A stretch of DNA of 64,000 nucleotides from Deltaproteobacteria bacterium (GTDB taxonomy: Bacteria; Desulfobacterota; Binatia; UBA1149; SPBQ01), in the NCBI GenBank assembly GCA_029262375.1, contig JAJCZM010000044.1:41833-105832 (forward strand). Direction: 5' to 3'. Below are positions 1 to 8,904 of the stretch, piece by piece (position 1 is the stretch's first letter; the number at the start of each line of letters is the position of its first letter). The notes beneath the pieces were generated by a model. That model worked only from the letters and a program-made list of their open reading frames with translations, was not told the DNA's origin and ran no database searches. Both the position numbers and the translations under genes were made by a program.

Positions 1-2
1 GG

Positions 3-761
3 CGCGAGCACGGCAGCATCGGATTCGCCAAAGACATCGCCGAACTCCGACTGCACGAGCAAATCGAAACACTCGGCGAGCTGGCCATCGGATTGGCCCA
101 CGAGATCAACAATCCGCTGGAATCACTGGTCAATCAGGCCGAGATGCTCGAGCGCTACCTGCGCGCAAAGGCTACCGACGAGGACTATCGCGTCGAGCAC
201 GATCGCATCGATGCGATGAAGCGCGAGCTGCGCCACATCCAGGCGATTGTCGAACGGGTTGGCGAGATGGCCGATGTCGGTAGCTACGGAACGATCGAGT
301 ACCTTCCGGGCAAGCTCATGATCGACCTCGGACTCGACACACTGAGCATCGAAGAAGAGGACGAGGCACCGGCGAGTACCAACGGGCATCTCGGCGGCCG
401 TACGATCGTCGTCGTCGATGACGACAGCGACGTCTGCCACTCGGTGGCCGATATTCTCGCGGCCGAGGGCTGCAACACGATCACGGCGAGCTCCGGCGTC
501 GAGGCCCTCGCCTACCTCAGCAATCACGATGTCGATCTGGTACTGAGCGACGTCGTCATGCCCGACATGGATGGCTACGAGCTCTTCCAGGAAATCAGCG
601 AAAAGCACCCGACCGTTCCCGTCGTTCTGATGACCGCTTACTACTACGACAAGGATCACGTTCTGAAGCGCTCGAAGGCCGGCGGCCTATCCGACGTGAT
701 CTTCAAAAAGCCCATCAAGCCGCAACGCCTAGTTGAACTAGTCGACGCCAGATGCGGCTGA
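3..761 (+). CDS. 5'-partial signalling protein: PAS/PAC end - HisKA - REC, no HATPase domain
   Basis: Frame is open from the window edge (REHGSIGFAKDI...). H-box LAHEINNPL; C-terminal receiver with VVDDD, LSDVVMPDMDG, MTA, KKP. Confidence 0.85.
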   Translation, partial: REHGSIGFAKDIAELRLHEQIETLGELAIGLAHEINNPLESLVNQAEMLERYLRAKATDEDYRVEHDRIDAMKRELRHIQAIVERVGEMADVGSYGTIEYLPGKLMIDLGLDTLSIEEEDEAPASTNGHLGGRTIVVVDDDSDVCHSVADILAAEGCNTITASSGVEALAYLSNHDVDLVLSDVVMPDMDGYELFQEISEKHPTVPVVLMTAYYYDKDHVLKRSKAGGLSDVIFKKPIKPQRLVELVDARCG

Positions 762-866
762 GCGCCGAGCCGGCGAGGCGCGAGAGGCAACACCGCTCGT
801 AGCAACGCCCCCCCTAACCGGCTATCGGCACGTGCGGCCGACCCGGTTTCCTGTTAAACCCCGACT

Positions 867-1520
867 ATGGCCATCCGCATCAACCGCGTGTACACGCGCA
901 CGGGCGACGACGGTAAGACCGCGCTCGTCGGTGGACGTCGCGTGGCGAAGGACAACGCCCGTATCGCCGCCTACGGCGATGTAGACGAGCTCAATTCGGT
1001 CATCGGGCTGGTGCGAGCGGAACTCAGCGAGGGCGCCAACAAGCGCAGGAAGGCCTGTCGCGAACTCGACGCGACCCTCGCGTTCATCCAACAGGAACTC
1101 TTCGATCTCGGCAGCGAACTCGCCACACCGCCCGAAGACACCTACGACGGCATGATTCGCATGGGAGACGCGCAGGTCGCACGCCTCGAGGGCTTCATCG
1201 ACGCCCTGCAGCCCGAACTCGGCCCTCTCAAGTCGTTCGTACTACCGAGCGGCGGTCGCCTCGGAGCCGGGCTTCACGTCGCGCGCACCGTTTGCCGGCG
1301 CGCCGAACGCTGGGCGACGGGACTCGTGCGCAAGGGCAAAGCCGAACCGGGCACGGCGAAGTATCTCAATCGATTGAGCGATCTGCTGTTCGTGCAGGCT
1401 CGCTGGATCGCGCTGAAGACCGGCCACAAAGAAACGCTGTGGCAGCATGGGCTGGAACCACCGAAACTCGCGCGCAAGAAGAAGGCAAGCAAGAAGACGC
1501 CAGGCAAGAAGAAGCGATGA
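867..1520 (+). CDS. pduO: ATP:cob(I)alamin adenosyltransferase (PduO/MMAB type)
   Basis: VYTRTGDDGKT, AYGDVDELNS, RTVCRRAER and YLNRLSDLLF motifs. Confidence 0.93.
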   Translation: MAIRINRVYTRTGDDGKTALVGGRRVAKDNARIAAYGDVDELNSVIGLVRAELSEGANKRRKACRELDATLAFIQQELFDLGSELATPPEDTYDGMIRMGDAQVARLEGFIDALQPELGPLKSFVLPSGGRLGAGLHVARTVCRRAERWATGLVRKGKAEPGTAKYLNRLSDLLFVQARWIALKTGHKETLWQHGLEPPKLARKKKASKKTPGKKKR

Positions 1521-2197
1521 GCGACTCGATCTATCTACGACAACTCGAGATCGGCCCCATGGCCAACTACGTCTATCTGATCGGCGATAGGGAAACGCGC
1601 GAGTGCATGGTCGTCGATCCCGCCTGGGACATCGACGCCATTCTCGAGACACTCGACGCCGACGACATGAAGCTCACCGGCGCCCTCATTACGCACTATC
1701 ATCCTGACCACATTGGCGGACACCTGTTCGGACAGGACATCCCCGGCGTAACAGACCTGCTCGAGAAGCGGCCGGTGAAGGTGTTCATGCACAAGGAAGA
1801 AGCGCCCTACGTGAAGAAGACGTTGGGGCTCGAATCGAGCGACTTCGTGCCGGTAGACGGCGAAACGACGGTCGACATCGGCAAACTTCCCGTTCGCATG
1901 ATCCATACCCCGGGGCACACGCCCGGATCCATGTGCTTCATGGTCGACGGAAATCTCGTATCCGGCGACACGCTCTTCATCGGAGCCTGCGGCCGCGTAG
2001 ATCTACCGGGCAGTAATCCGGAAGACCTTTACCACTCGCTCGACACGAAGCTGAAGAAGCTTCCGAGCGATACGGTGCTTTACCCCGGCCACAACTATGC
2101 GGCCGATCGAACCTCGACGATCGGTCGGGAACTAGAGACCAACCCTTACATGCGGTTCGACAGCGTTGAGCAGTTTCTCGGAGTCATGGGCTTCTGA
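1517..2197 (+). CDS. MBL-fold metallo-hydrolase (glyoxalase II-like)
   Basis: THYHPDH (HxHxDH), HTPGHTPGS, SGDTLF, PGH. ATG at 1517 overlaps the upstream TGA. Confidence 0.9.
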   Translation: MSDSIYLRQLEIGPMANYVYLIGDRETRECMVVDPAWDIDAILETLDADDMKLTGALITHYHPDHIGGHLFGQDIPGVTDLLEKRPVKVFMHKEEAPYVKKTLGLESSDFVPVDGETTVDIGKLPVRMIHTPGHTPGSMCFMVDGNLVSGDTLFIGACGRVDLPGSNPEDLYHSLDTKLKKLPSDTVLYPGHNYAADRTSTIGRELETNPYMRFDSVEQFLGVMGF

Positions 2198-2691
2198 CGT
2201 TCGACGTCGATCCAACTGCGCGAATCCCAAGTAAAAAGTAGACTCGACCGAGGTACGAGAAATCCCAAGCGGTAGCGCGGGTTTCACTGCACCCCCGACC
2301 GCGCCAGCGACTGCGCCCGATCGCTCCATGTAGGAAGTGCACAACCCGCGCGCTTCGACGAAACGGCGATCGAACGCACTCGGGTCACACATTCAGATGA
2401 ACACCTCACGCGAGGTCGAGCGGTCGCCACCATGCCGCGCTCATCCGGCGTCGCCACCCGGACGCGGCAATCGAACTCCAACGCATGCGATTCCAAGCAC
2501 TTGACAGGTGCCTTTTTGGGACAATCAGGGGGCAAGTGGAGGGAGCGAATCGTACGGAAACGTACCACGCGCTTTCGCCGTTGACGTCACCGACGTGGGT
2601 GACGCGGCGCGCCACTCGCCGACATTAAAAAGCACTGACAATGCGAGAAGTTGTGCCGACGGGCGCGCGAAAGATTTCCGCGTTATCCGCC

Positions 2692-2721
2692 TTGACATTA
2701 TGCCTCCCCGCACAGTATTTT
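2692..2721 (+). promoter_or_regulatory. candidate sigma70 promoter for the Cys-rich protein gene
   Basis: TTGACA (2692-2697), 18-nt spacer, TATTTT (2716-2721); RBS GGAGGA at 2855-2860. Confidence 0.5.
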
Positions 2722-2815
2722 CCGCGTCGTAGCGATAGGGTACACAGGGGTGCGCCACCGTATCTTTACTTACGGCGTCTCTCTCCCAACATCGTTTCAG
2801 GTCAGGACACCTCGT

Positions 2816-2867
2816 GAGAAATCGCGACAAATCGCAGCGAGAAATCGCAGCACTGGAGGAGAAATCC
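2816..2867 (+). repeat. short direct repeats (GA)GAAATCGC/AAATCGCAGC in the 5' UTR
   Basis: GAGAAATCGC 2816, CAAATCGCAGC 2828, GAGAAATCGCAGC 2839, GAGAAATCC 2859. Confidence 0.55.
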
Positions 2868-2869
2868 AT

Positions 2870-4912
2870 ATGAAGGTAGCTTCGTTCGTGAAAGCGACTG
2901 CACTTCTTAGCGCCGCAGCAATCGCTGCGACGGTAGGAATTGCCGACGCCCAAGTAACCAAGGATGACGCGAAATGTCGCGCCACCGCTCAGAAAAACAC
3001 CGGTAAGCTCACCGCCACCGCGTCCAAAGCCATCGTTGGCTGCTGGAAGAGCGTACTAGGCAACAAGATCGGCTTCACCGATTGCAACGATTCGGCCACG
3101 GCCGACACCAAAGGCAAGATCGGCAAGGCATCCGGCAAGGTCACGGCCGCCGTCGGCGGCGCCAAGAGCAAGTGCGACGACACGGTCCACGCGGCCGCAT
3201 TGGCCGAGTACGAAGATTGCCCGTCGCCCGGCACGGCAGGCGCCGGTCTGACGACGTTCACGCAAGTAGGAACCTGCTTGGCGGAAATCGGCCAGGTCAT
3301 GGCGAACAACATGCATCGCTCCGCGATGAACCCGGGTCCCGAGCAGATCGCAGCGGTCCTCGGTTCGGCCAACGCGAAAGACATCGCCAAGTGCGGCAAC
3401 TCGATCCAGAAGGGCTTCAACAAGCTCGTCGCGACGGTTGGCAAAGAGGAAGGCGGCAACCAAGCCAAGAATCTCGACAAGGCCGGCGGCGCGTATGATT
3501 ACGGCTCGTTCGGTGCTGACCCGAAAGGCAAAATTGCTGGTGCAGTCACGAAGCTCGGCGACGGCATCACCAAGAGCTGCGGCGGCCTGACCCAGGCTGA
3601 GTTCGCGCTTCTGCGCACATGTGGCGACGCTACGAATGTCACCGCATGCCTCACCGACATCGCACGTAACGGCTCCAGCGGCGTCACCGCCGTGTCGTTC
3701 GAAATGCCCGGCGTTTGCCCGGGCAGCGTAGTCGTCAACGCCCTGCCGCGTCAGAGCAACGGCGACACCGCGACAGCCACCGCGTTAGACGCCGGCTGGA
3801 ACGGTCTCGGCCACAATGCGGAAATCCTCACCTTCTCGGGTGAAGTGAATCTCGCTTGTGCCGACGACACCTGCAGCAGCTGCGCGGTGACCACGAGCTG
3901 CAACCAGGGCAACTGCCGTTGTGACAACGACCAAAGCGTCCAGTGCGACGAGCCTTTCGGCCCGGACGTGGATGACTGCGGCGGTGCTGACTGCAATGTG
4001 CTCTTCGGCTCGCCTCTGCCGCTTTCGGCATCCGGCACGCCTACCTGCGTACAGACGGAAGTCATACAGGAACTCGTCGGAACGGCTGACATCGGCACCG
4101 GTGCTTCCACCACGCAGGTCGTCAACGCTTCGAAGGTACACACTGGTATCGGCCAGACGCAGCCTTGCCCGATTTGCTCGGGCGGCCTCTGCGACGCCGG
4201 TCCGCGTGCGGGACTGGCCTGCAGCGACGACGGCGTGAGCCCGACGTTCGGCGCGACCAGCTTCGACTGCCCGCCGGATCCTCTGGCGAACGTGTCGGGT
4301 TCCGGCCTGGCCATCGACCTGGTGTTCTCGGACACCCCGGCGGACCTGGACGCGACCATCCCCTGCTCGTTGGTGGGTGTACTCGATTGCCACTGCCAGC
4401 AGTGCTCCGGCGACACCAGCATTCCGTGTAACAACGACGCGGAATGCGCAAGCGCTGGTGCAGGCACCTGCACCGCGAACACCGGTGCCGGCAACCTGCC
4501 GAACGACTGTTCGGACGGCTGCACGGTAGACGGCGACGGCAAGGGCCTATGTGGTCCGGCGACGCCGACGCAGGGCTTCTGCGACGGCTTCACGCAGGTG
4601 GATGGCTCGGGCATCATCACCTGCTCCACGAACGGCGATTGCACCGCGCTCAGCGCAGGCAACTGCACGATCGATCAGGTGAAGAAGTGCTTCGGCGACT
4701 CCGGCGACTCGATCTCGGTCGAGGGTACGTTCGGCGGTCAGGACGCTGCGGTACTCGGAGCGAACTTCTGCATCCCGCCGACCGCGTCCGCAGCGATCAA
4801 CGGTGCAGCTGGTAGCCCGGGACCGGCGCGTCTGCGCATCGCATGGAGCTTCGACGGTCTCTGCCCCGATGGTGTAACTCCTTACATCCTCGGCGGCGGC
4901 AACTGCCCGTAG
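2870..4912 (+). CDS. secreted cysteine-rich protein, paralog A (unknown family)
   Basis: Strong RBS before ATG 2870; Sec signal peptide ending GIADA; 44 Cys by manual count; collinear similarity to 47456-49690; own terminator. Confidence 0.9.
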   Translation: MKVASFVKATALLSAAAIAATVGIADAQVTKDDAKCRATAQKNTGKLTATASKAIVGCWKSVLGNKIGFTDCNDSATADTKGKIGKASGKVTAAVGGAKSKCDDTVHAAALAEYEDCPSPGTAGAGLTTFTQVGTCLAEIGQVMANNMHRSAMNPGPEQIAAVLGSANAKDIAKCGNSIQKGFNKLVATVGKEEGGNQAKNLDKAGGAYDYGSFGADPKGKIAGAVTKLGDGITKSCGGLTQAEFALLRTCGDATNVTACLTDIARNGSSGVTAVSFEMPGVCPGSVVVNALPRQSNGDTATATALDAGWNGLGHNAEILTFSGEVNLACADDTCSSCAVTTSCNQGNCRCDNDQSVQCDEPFGPDVDDCGGADCNVLFGSPLPLSASGTPTCVQTEVIQELVGTADIGTGASTTQVVNASKVHTGIGQTQPCPICSGGLCDAGPRAGLACSDDGVSPTFGATSFDCPPDPLANVSGSGLAIDLVFSDTPADLDATIPCSLVGVLDCHCQQCSGDTSIPCNNDAECASAGAGTCTANTGAGNLPNDCSDGCTVDGDGKGLCGPATPTQGFCDGFTQVDGSGIITCSTNGDCTALSAGNCTIDQVKKCFGDSGDSISVEGTFGGQDAAVLGANFCIPPTASAAINGAAGSPGPARLRIAWSFDGLCPDGVTPYILGGGNCP

Positions 4913-4953
4913 AACCATTCGACACACTTCCCCCGCTTAGGCGGGTGTGAAGG

Positions 4954-4988
4954 GGCCCCCGGGGATCGCTCCCCGGGGGCCTTTTTTT
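4954..4988 (+). terminator. Rho-independent terminator
   Basis: GGCCCCCGGGGA-tcgc-TCCCCGGGGGCC followed by T7. Confidence 0.9.
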
Positions 4989-5107
4989 GTCGTCCGTTTC
5001 GCGTTTTGCGGCATCACCAGCCCTCGGATAGATTTTGCCGTCGCCTGGTTCCTCGGAAGTTTCGCGAGAGCCGGGCAAAACCCAATCCAATCGGGAGTTC
5101 TAGTTCT

Positions 5108-6262
5108 ATGAGCATCAAAGCCGACGCATGGGTCCTTTACGCCGGAGAAAAGGGCGCACCGCCAAAGAAGACCGAGCTGGTCAGAGAAGAATTCGAGTTG
5201 CCCGCAGCCGCCGCCGACGAGGCCGTCGTCAGCCCGCTATTCGGTTGCATGGAAGGCAACATGGGACACGCGGTCGAGCGGCGCCCCATCGACATCTGCC
5301 TGGCACGCGGTGAAGAGAAACTCGTCATCGGCAACGCCGGCGTCGTCAAAGTAGAAGAGGTCGGCGCCGACGTCACGACGTGCAAGGCCGGCGATACCGC
5401 CATCTTGTTTTGCAACGGCGCCCCCGACGAGTTCGGGTACCCGCGCCAGATCTTCGGCTACGACACGCCCGGCACCACGGGGATGCTCACCAAGCAGACC
5501 AAGCTGAAGCAGCATCAAATCATTCCGATTCCCGCCGACACCAAGCACTCCCTGGAAGCTTGGGCGGCATTCTCGTTACGCTACGTCACCGCCTGGTCGA
5601 ACTGGGAGTTGGCCTACGGCACGTTGCGCCTGCTACTGGACAAAGAAGAACTCCCCCACCCCGAAGTCTGGGGTTGGGGCGGCGGCGTAAGCCTCGGCGA
5701 GTTGGCGCTGGCGAATCACTACGGCTGTCGCACCGCACAGATTGCATCGACCGACGATCGTCTGGCCGCGATCGAAGGCCAAGGCATTCGCCCCGTCGAC
5801 CGACGCGAATTCAACGACCTCTACTACGACAAGAAAAAATTCCGCAAAGACGAAGACTACACGAACAAGTACGTTGCCGCCGAGAAGGTCTTCCTGTCGA
5901 AGGTCAAAGACATGACCGACGGTAAGTTCGTCAACATCTTCCTCGACTACGTCGGCGTGCCGGTGCTGCGGGCCACGTTGAAAGCGCTTGCGCGCCAAGG
6001 CGTCATCGCGACCGCGGGTTGGAAGGAAGGCATGCAGATCGATCTGGTCCGCGCGACCGAATGCATCGCACGCCACCAGCACGTCCACACCCACTACGCA
6101 CGCTATCGCCAGGGAGTCGACGCGGTCGCGTTCGCCGAGAAGAACAACTGGCTGCCGCCGTTGGACGGCAAGGTTTACGGATTCGACGAAGTCCCGGAAA
6201 TGTTCGAGGACTACGAGAAAGGTACGCTGGGCTGGTTCCCGGTATTCGCCGTCAACGGCTGA
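5108..6262 (+). CDS. medium-chain dehydrogenase/reductase (MDR), enoyl-reductase/Ccr-like
   Basis: GroES-like VIGNAGVVKVEEVGADVT..KAGD, YVTAW, Rossmann-like WGWGGGVSLG, DYVG...LKAL..QGVI. Confidence 0.7.
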   Translation: MSIKADAWVLYAGEKGAPPKKTELVREEFELPAAAADEAVVSPLFGCMEGNMGHAVERRPIDICLARGEEKLVIGNAGVVKVEEVGADVTTCKAGDTAILFCNGAPDEFGYPRQIFGYDTPGTTGMLTKQTKLKQHQIIPIPADTKHSLEAWAAFSLRYVTAWSNWELAYGTLRLLLDKEELPHPEVWGWGGGVSLGELALANHYGCRTAQIASTDDRLAAIEGQGIRPVDRREFNDLYYDKKKFRKDEDYTNKYVAAEKVFLSKVKDMTDGKFVNIFLDYVGVPVLRATLKALARQGVIATAGWKEGMQIDLVRATECIARHQHVHTHYARYRQGVDAVAFAEKNNWLPPLDGKVYGFDEVPEMFEDYEKGTLGWFPVFAVNG

Positions 6263-6285
6263 GCCCGCAGGAGAACAACGAGATC

Positions 6286-7170
6286 ATGAGCATCGAAAAA
6301 ATCGCAGTACTAGGCGGCGGCCAAATGGGCGCCGGCATCGCCGAAGCCGCCGCATCGCGCGGCATCTCGGTTGCGCTGATCAAGGCCACGCCCGGCCCTT
6401 CGGACAAAGCCAAAGCCGGCATCGAAAAAGGCCTCGGACGATTGGTGGAGAAAGGCAAGCTCTCTGCAGACGACGCCGGCGCCATCGTGTCGCGCATCAC
6501 GTTCACCGACGACCTCAATGCAGCAGCGGACGCAGACCTCTTCGTCGAATCGATTGTCGAAGACATCGCGATCAAGAAACAGAAGTTCGCAGAGGCCGAC
6601 AAGATCGTGAAGGCCGGCGGCATTCTTGCCAGCAACACGTCCACGCTCTGCATCGGCGACATGCAGGCGGCCACCGAGCGCAGCGATCGTTTCATCGGAC
6701 TGCACTTCTTCAATCCCGCAACGATGATGAAGCTCGTCGAGGTAATTCCTACCGATTCGACCGACGCGTCGGTCGTCGCCGATGCTGTCGCGTTCGTCGA
6801 GACGATCGGAAAGACACCGGTCCTGGTGAAGGACCGCACCGGTTTCATCGTCAACCGCCTGCTCACGCCTTACATGTGCGATGCGATTCGCTGTCTCGAA
6901 GACGGCCTGGCCGACATCGCCGGTATCGACACCGCGATGCAGCTCGGTGCAAACCACCCTATGGGCCCGTTGTCGCTGGCCGACTACATCGGCCTGGATA
7001 TCGTCAACGCCATGTCCGAGAATCTCTTCGAGGCCTTCGGCAAGGATTACATGGCACCGCCGGCACTTCTGAAGAAGCTCGTGGCGGCCGGGACACTCGG
7101 TCGCAAGACCAAGCTCGGCTTCTACGACTACTCCGAGCGCCCACCGGTCCCGAACAAGGAACTCGGCTAG
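6286..7170 (+). CDS. hbd: 3-hydroxybutyryl-CoA dehydrogenase
   Basis: VLGGGQMGAGIA, ASNTS, GLHFFNP, GFIVNRLL, HPMGPLSLADYIGLD; RBS AGGAG upstream of ATG 6286. Confidence 0.92.
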   Translation: MSIEKIAVLGGGQMGAGIAEAAASRGISVALIKATPGPSDKAKAGIEKGLGRLVEKGKLSADDAGAIVSRITFTDDLNAAADADLFVESIVEDIAIKKQKFAEADKIVKAGGILASNTSTLCIGDMQAATERSDRFIGLHFFNPATMMKLVEVIPTDSTDASVVADAVAFVETIGKTPVLVKDRTGFIVNRLLTPYMCDAIRCLEDGLADIAGIDTAMQLGANHPMGPLSLADYIGLDIVNAMSENLFEAFGKDYMAPPALLKKLVAAGTLGRKTKLGFYDYSERPPVPNKELG

Positions 7171-7221
7171 ACCGCGCGCCGAACTGAACGACCGCTTACA
7201 AAGGGGTCGTAGCAATGAACG

Positions 7222-8874
7222 CTACGGCCCCTTCGTCGTTTTGATACGGCCGACGTCTCCTCCACCTGCGCCATCATCAACGACTGCGTTCTCGATGCTG
7301 TATCGCGATCTGGCGATCCCAGTCACCCAAGGTAGCGAATGGTTACGACCCGCGCCGCCGGCGGCCCTGGGCAGCACTAGGTAGCGATGTCGGCCGTTCT
7401 GAGCGTAGCCGGCGTCGATATCCTCGCTCGACACGCCGGTATCGAGCAGACGGCGGCGCTCGCCGTCTACAGTGCGGTAGAAGTCGAAGACGGACGCCGT
7501 TCCGACAACCGCAATCAGCGCGAATGCCGCCACCCCGGCAATCGTCGAAGCCGGAATCGTTGCGACTCGGTCGCCGCGCGGGAGCAGCAATCCGGCGGCG
7601 AGCAGCGCAGGGCCGATCCAGTAGCGATCGGCGAATAACCAGAGGCCGAACAGACCGACCGCGAAGGTAGCGAACGTGGTCACGACGAGCATCGGGAACG
7701 CTTCGCGAGTCGCGAGCGTGGCGCGTAGCCGCTGCACGATCGCGGGGCCCAACGCCGACCACCCTAGGGCAGCCGCCACGAGTGCCGCAGCCCTGGCGGG
7801 AGCGGCCCACGCACAGTCCACCGGACGCGTGCTCAGCAGGCTCGCGGCACCGCCCAGTTCACAGGCGCCCCACATCGTTCCGGTGCGCAGCGTCGGCGCT
7901 TCGCCGAGAATCCATACACTGACGAACAAGATCGCAAACGCGACGAACCACCGCGTATCGCAGCGCAGCGCCGCGAACGGCGCGAGCGTGAAGCCGACGA
8001 AGGCAGCAACGTTCGCGAAGCCGTCAACATACACCCACGGCGACACATGAAACGTATGGAGTAGATCGGCCGATCGGGCAGTCATCGGCAAACGCTCGCC
8101 GACGTCCGCTCCGAACATCAGTACGCCGGCAAAGACTCCACAGATCGCGGTAAGCGGCAACAGAATCTCCAACGCCTTCGATCGCGCGTTCCCCGCCGTA
8201 GACGATCCTCGTCGCAGCAACGCGGCTATGAGTATCCCCAACAAGAGTGCGGCACCGGTCTGGCGCACATAGGCGGCAGACAAGCCCGACGCAGTTGCGA
8301 GAAGCAGCCATGCCCGGCGGTCGTCGGCCAGCCAACGCCACGACGCGTACAGTCCGATCTGCCACAGCGCGACCATCGGGACGTCGGTCATGAACGTCAA
8401 AGTGAGCAGGTAGTAGATCGGATGAAACGCAGTCGCGGCTACCGCGAGAACCGCCCAGCGTGACGACACTCCGTTGTCACGCAGCAGTGCGTACCAGCAC
8501 AGGTGTCCGAGCGCGGCCAGGGCGACCGTGGCGAGTCGCAACACCCAGTCGGCGGCGCCGAAGACTCCAACGAACGCAGCGCCCCAGCCGATGTGGGCCA
8601 GCGGGTATACGGACGACCATTCGGGCACCGCCAAGCCGCGCCCACCGGCCAGCCCGAATGCCGACCAGCTGTACACCCAGTCGTCGAACATCGGAAAATC
8701 GTCAATCGGGGAAATGAACACGATCGAAGCCAGCCATAGGAGCGCGACGGCGAGCAGTCCGACCGTGGCGCGCCACGAATCGGGCCTGGCCGATGGTTTG
8801 AGTGAGTTTTGCGGCACGTTGACAGGATCTCCCAGGGCCCCTAGCGTGGCGAGCGATGCGCGGCCCGTCAACAC
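7222..8874 (-). CDS. multi-pass membrane glycosyltransferase, GT-C fold (ArnT/PMT-like)
   Basis: PMFDDWVY acidic loop after TM1, TFMTDVP, VRQ, many hydrophobic segments. Start uncertain. Confidence 0.7.
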   Translation of the reverse strand: MLTGRASLATLGALGDPVNVPQNSLKPSARPDSWRATVGLLAVALLWLASIVFISPIDDFPMFDDWVYSWSAFGLAGGRGLAVPEWSSVYPLAHIGWGAAFVGVFGAADWVLRLATVALAALGHLCWYALLRDNGVSSRWAVLAVAATAFHPIYYLLTLTFMTDVPMVALWQIGLYASWRWLADDRRAWLLLATASGLSAAYVRQTGAALLLGILIAALLRRGSSTAGNARSKALEILLPLTAICGVFAGVLMFGADVGERLPMTARSADLLHTFHVSPWVYVDGFANVAAFVGFTLAPFAALRCDTRWFVAFAILFVSVWILGEAPTLRTGTMWGACELGGAASLLSTRPVDCAWAAPARAAALVAAALGWSALGPAIVQRLRATLATREAFPMLVVTTFATFAVGLFGLWLFADRYWIGPALLAAGLLLPRGDRVATIPASTIAGVAAFALIAVVGTASVFDFYRTVDGERRRLLDTGVSSEDIDAGYAQNGRHRYLVLPRAAGGAGRNHSLPWVTGIARSRYSIENAVVDDGAGGGDVGRIKTTKGP

Positions 8875-8904
8875 CCGGGTGCCAAGCGCGGAGGCAGGCT
8901 CGTC

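Noticed and set aside
1292-1516. N-terminal extensions from the ORF track (also 2750, 5006, 6019, 17817, 34272, 52826)
   Set aside because: They overlap upstream genes or lack an RBS. Downstream starts match the family N-termini.
2870-4912. multiheme cytochrome or Fe-S interpretation of the Cys-rich proteins
   Set aside because: No CxxCH motifs and no ferredoxin CxxCxxC spacing; a Sec signal and even Cys counts favour disulfides.
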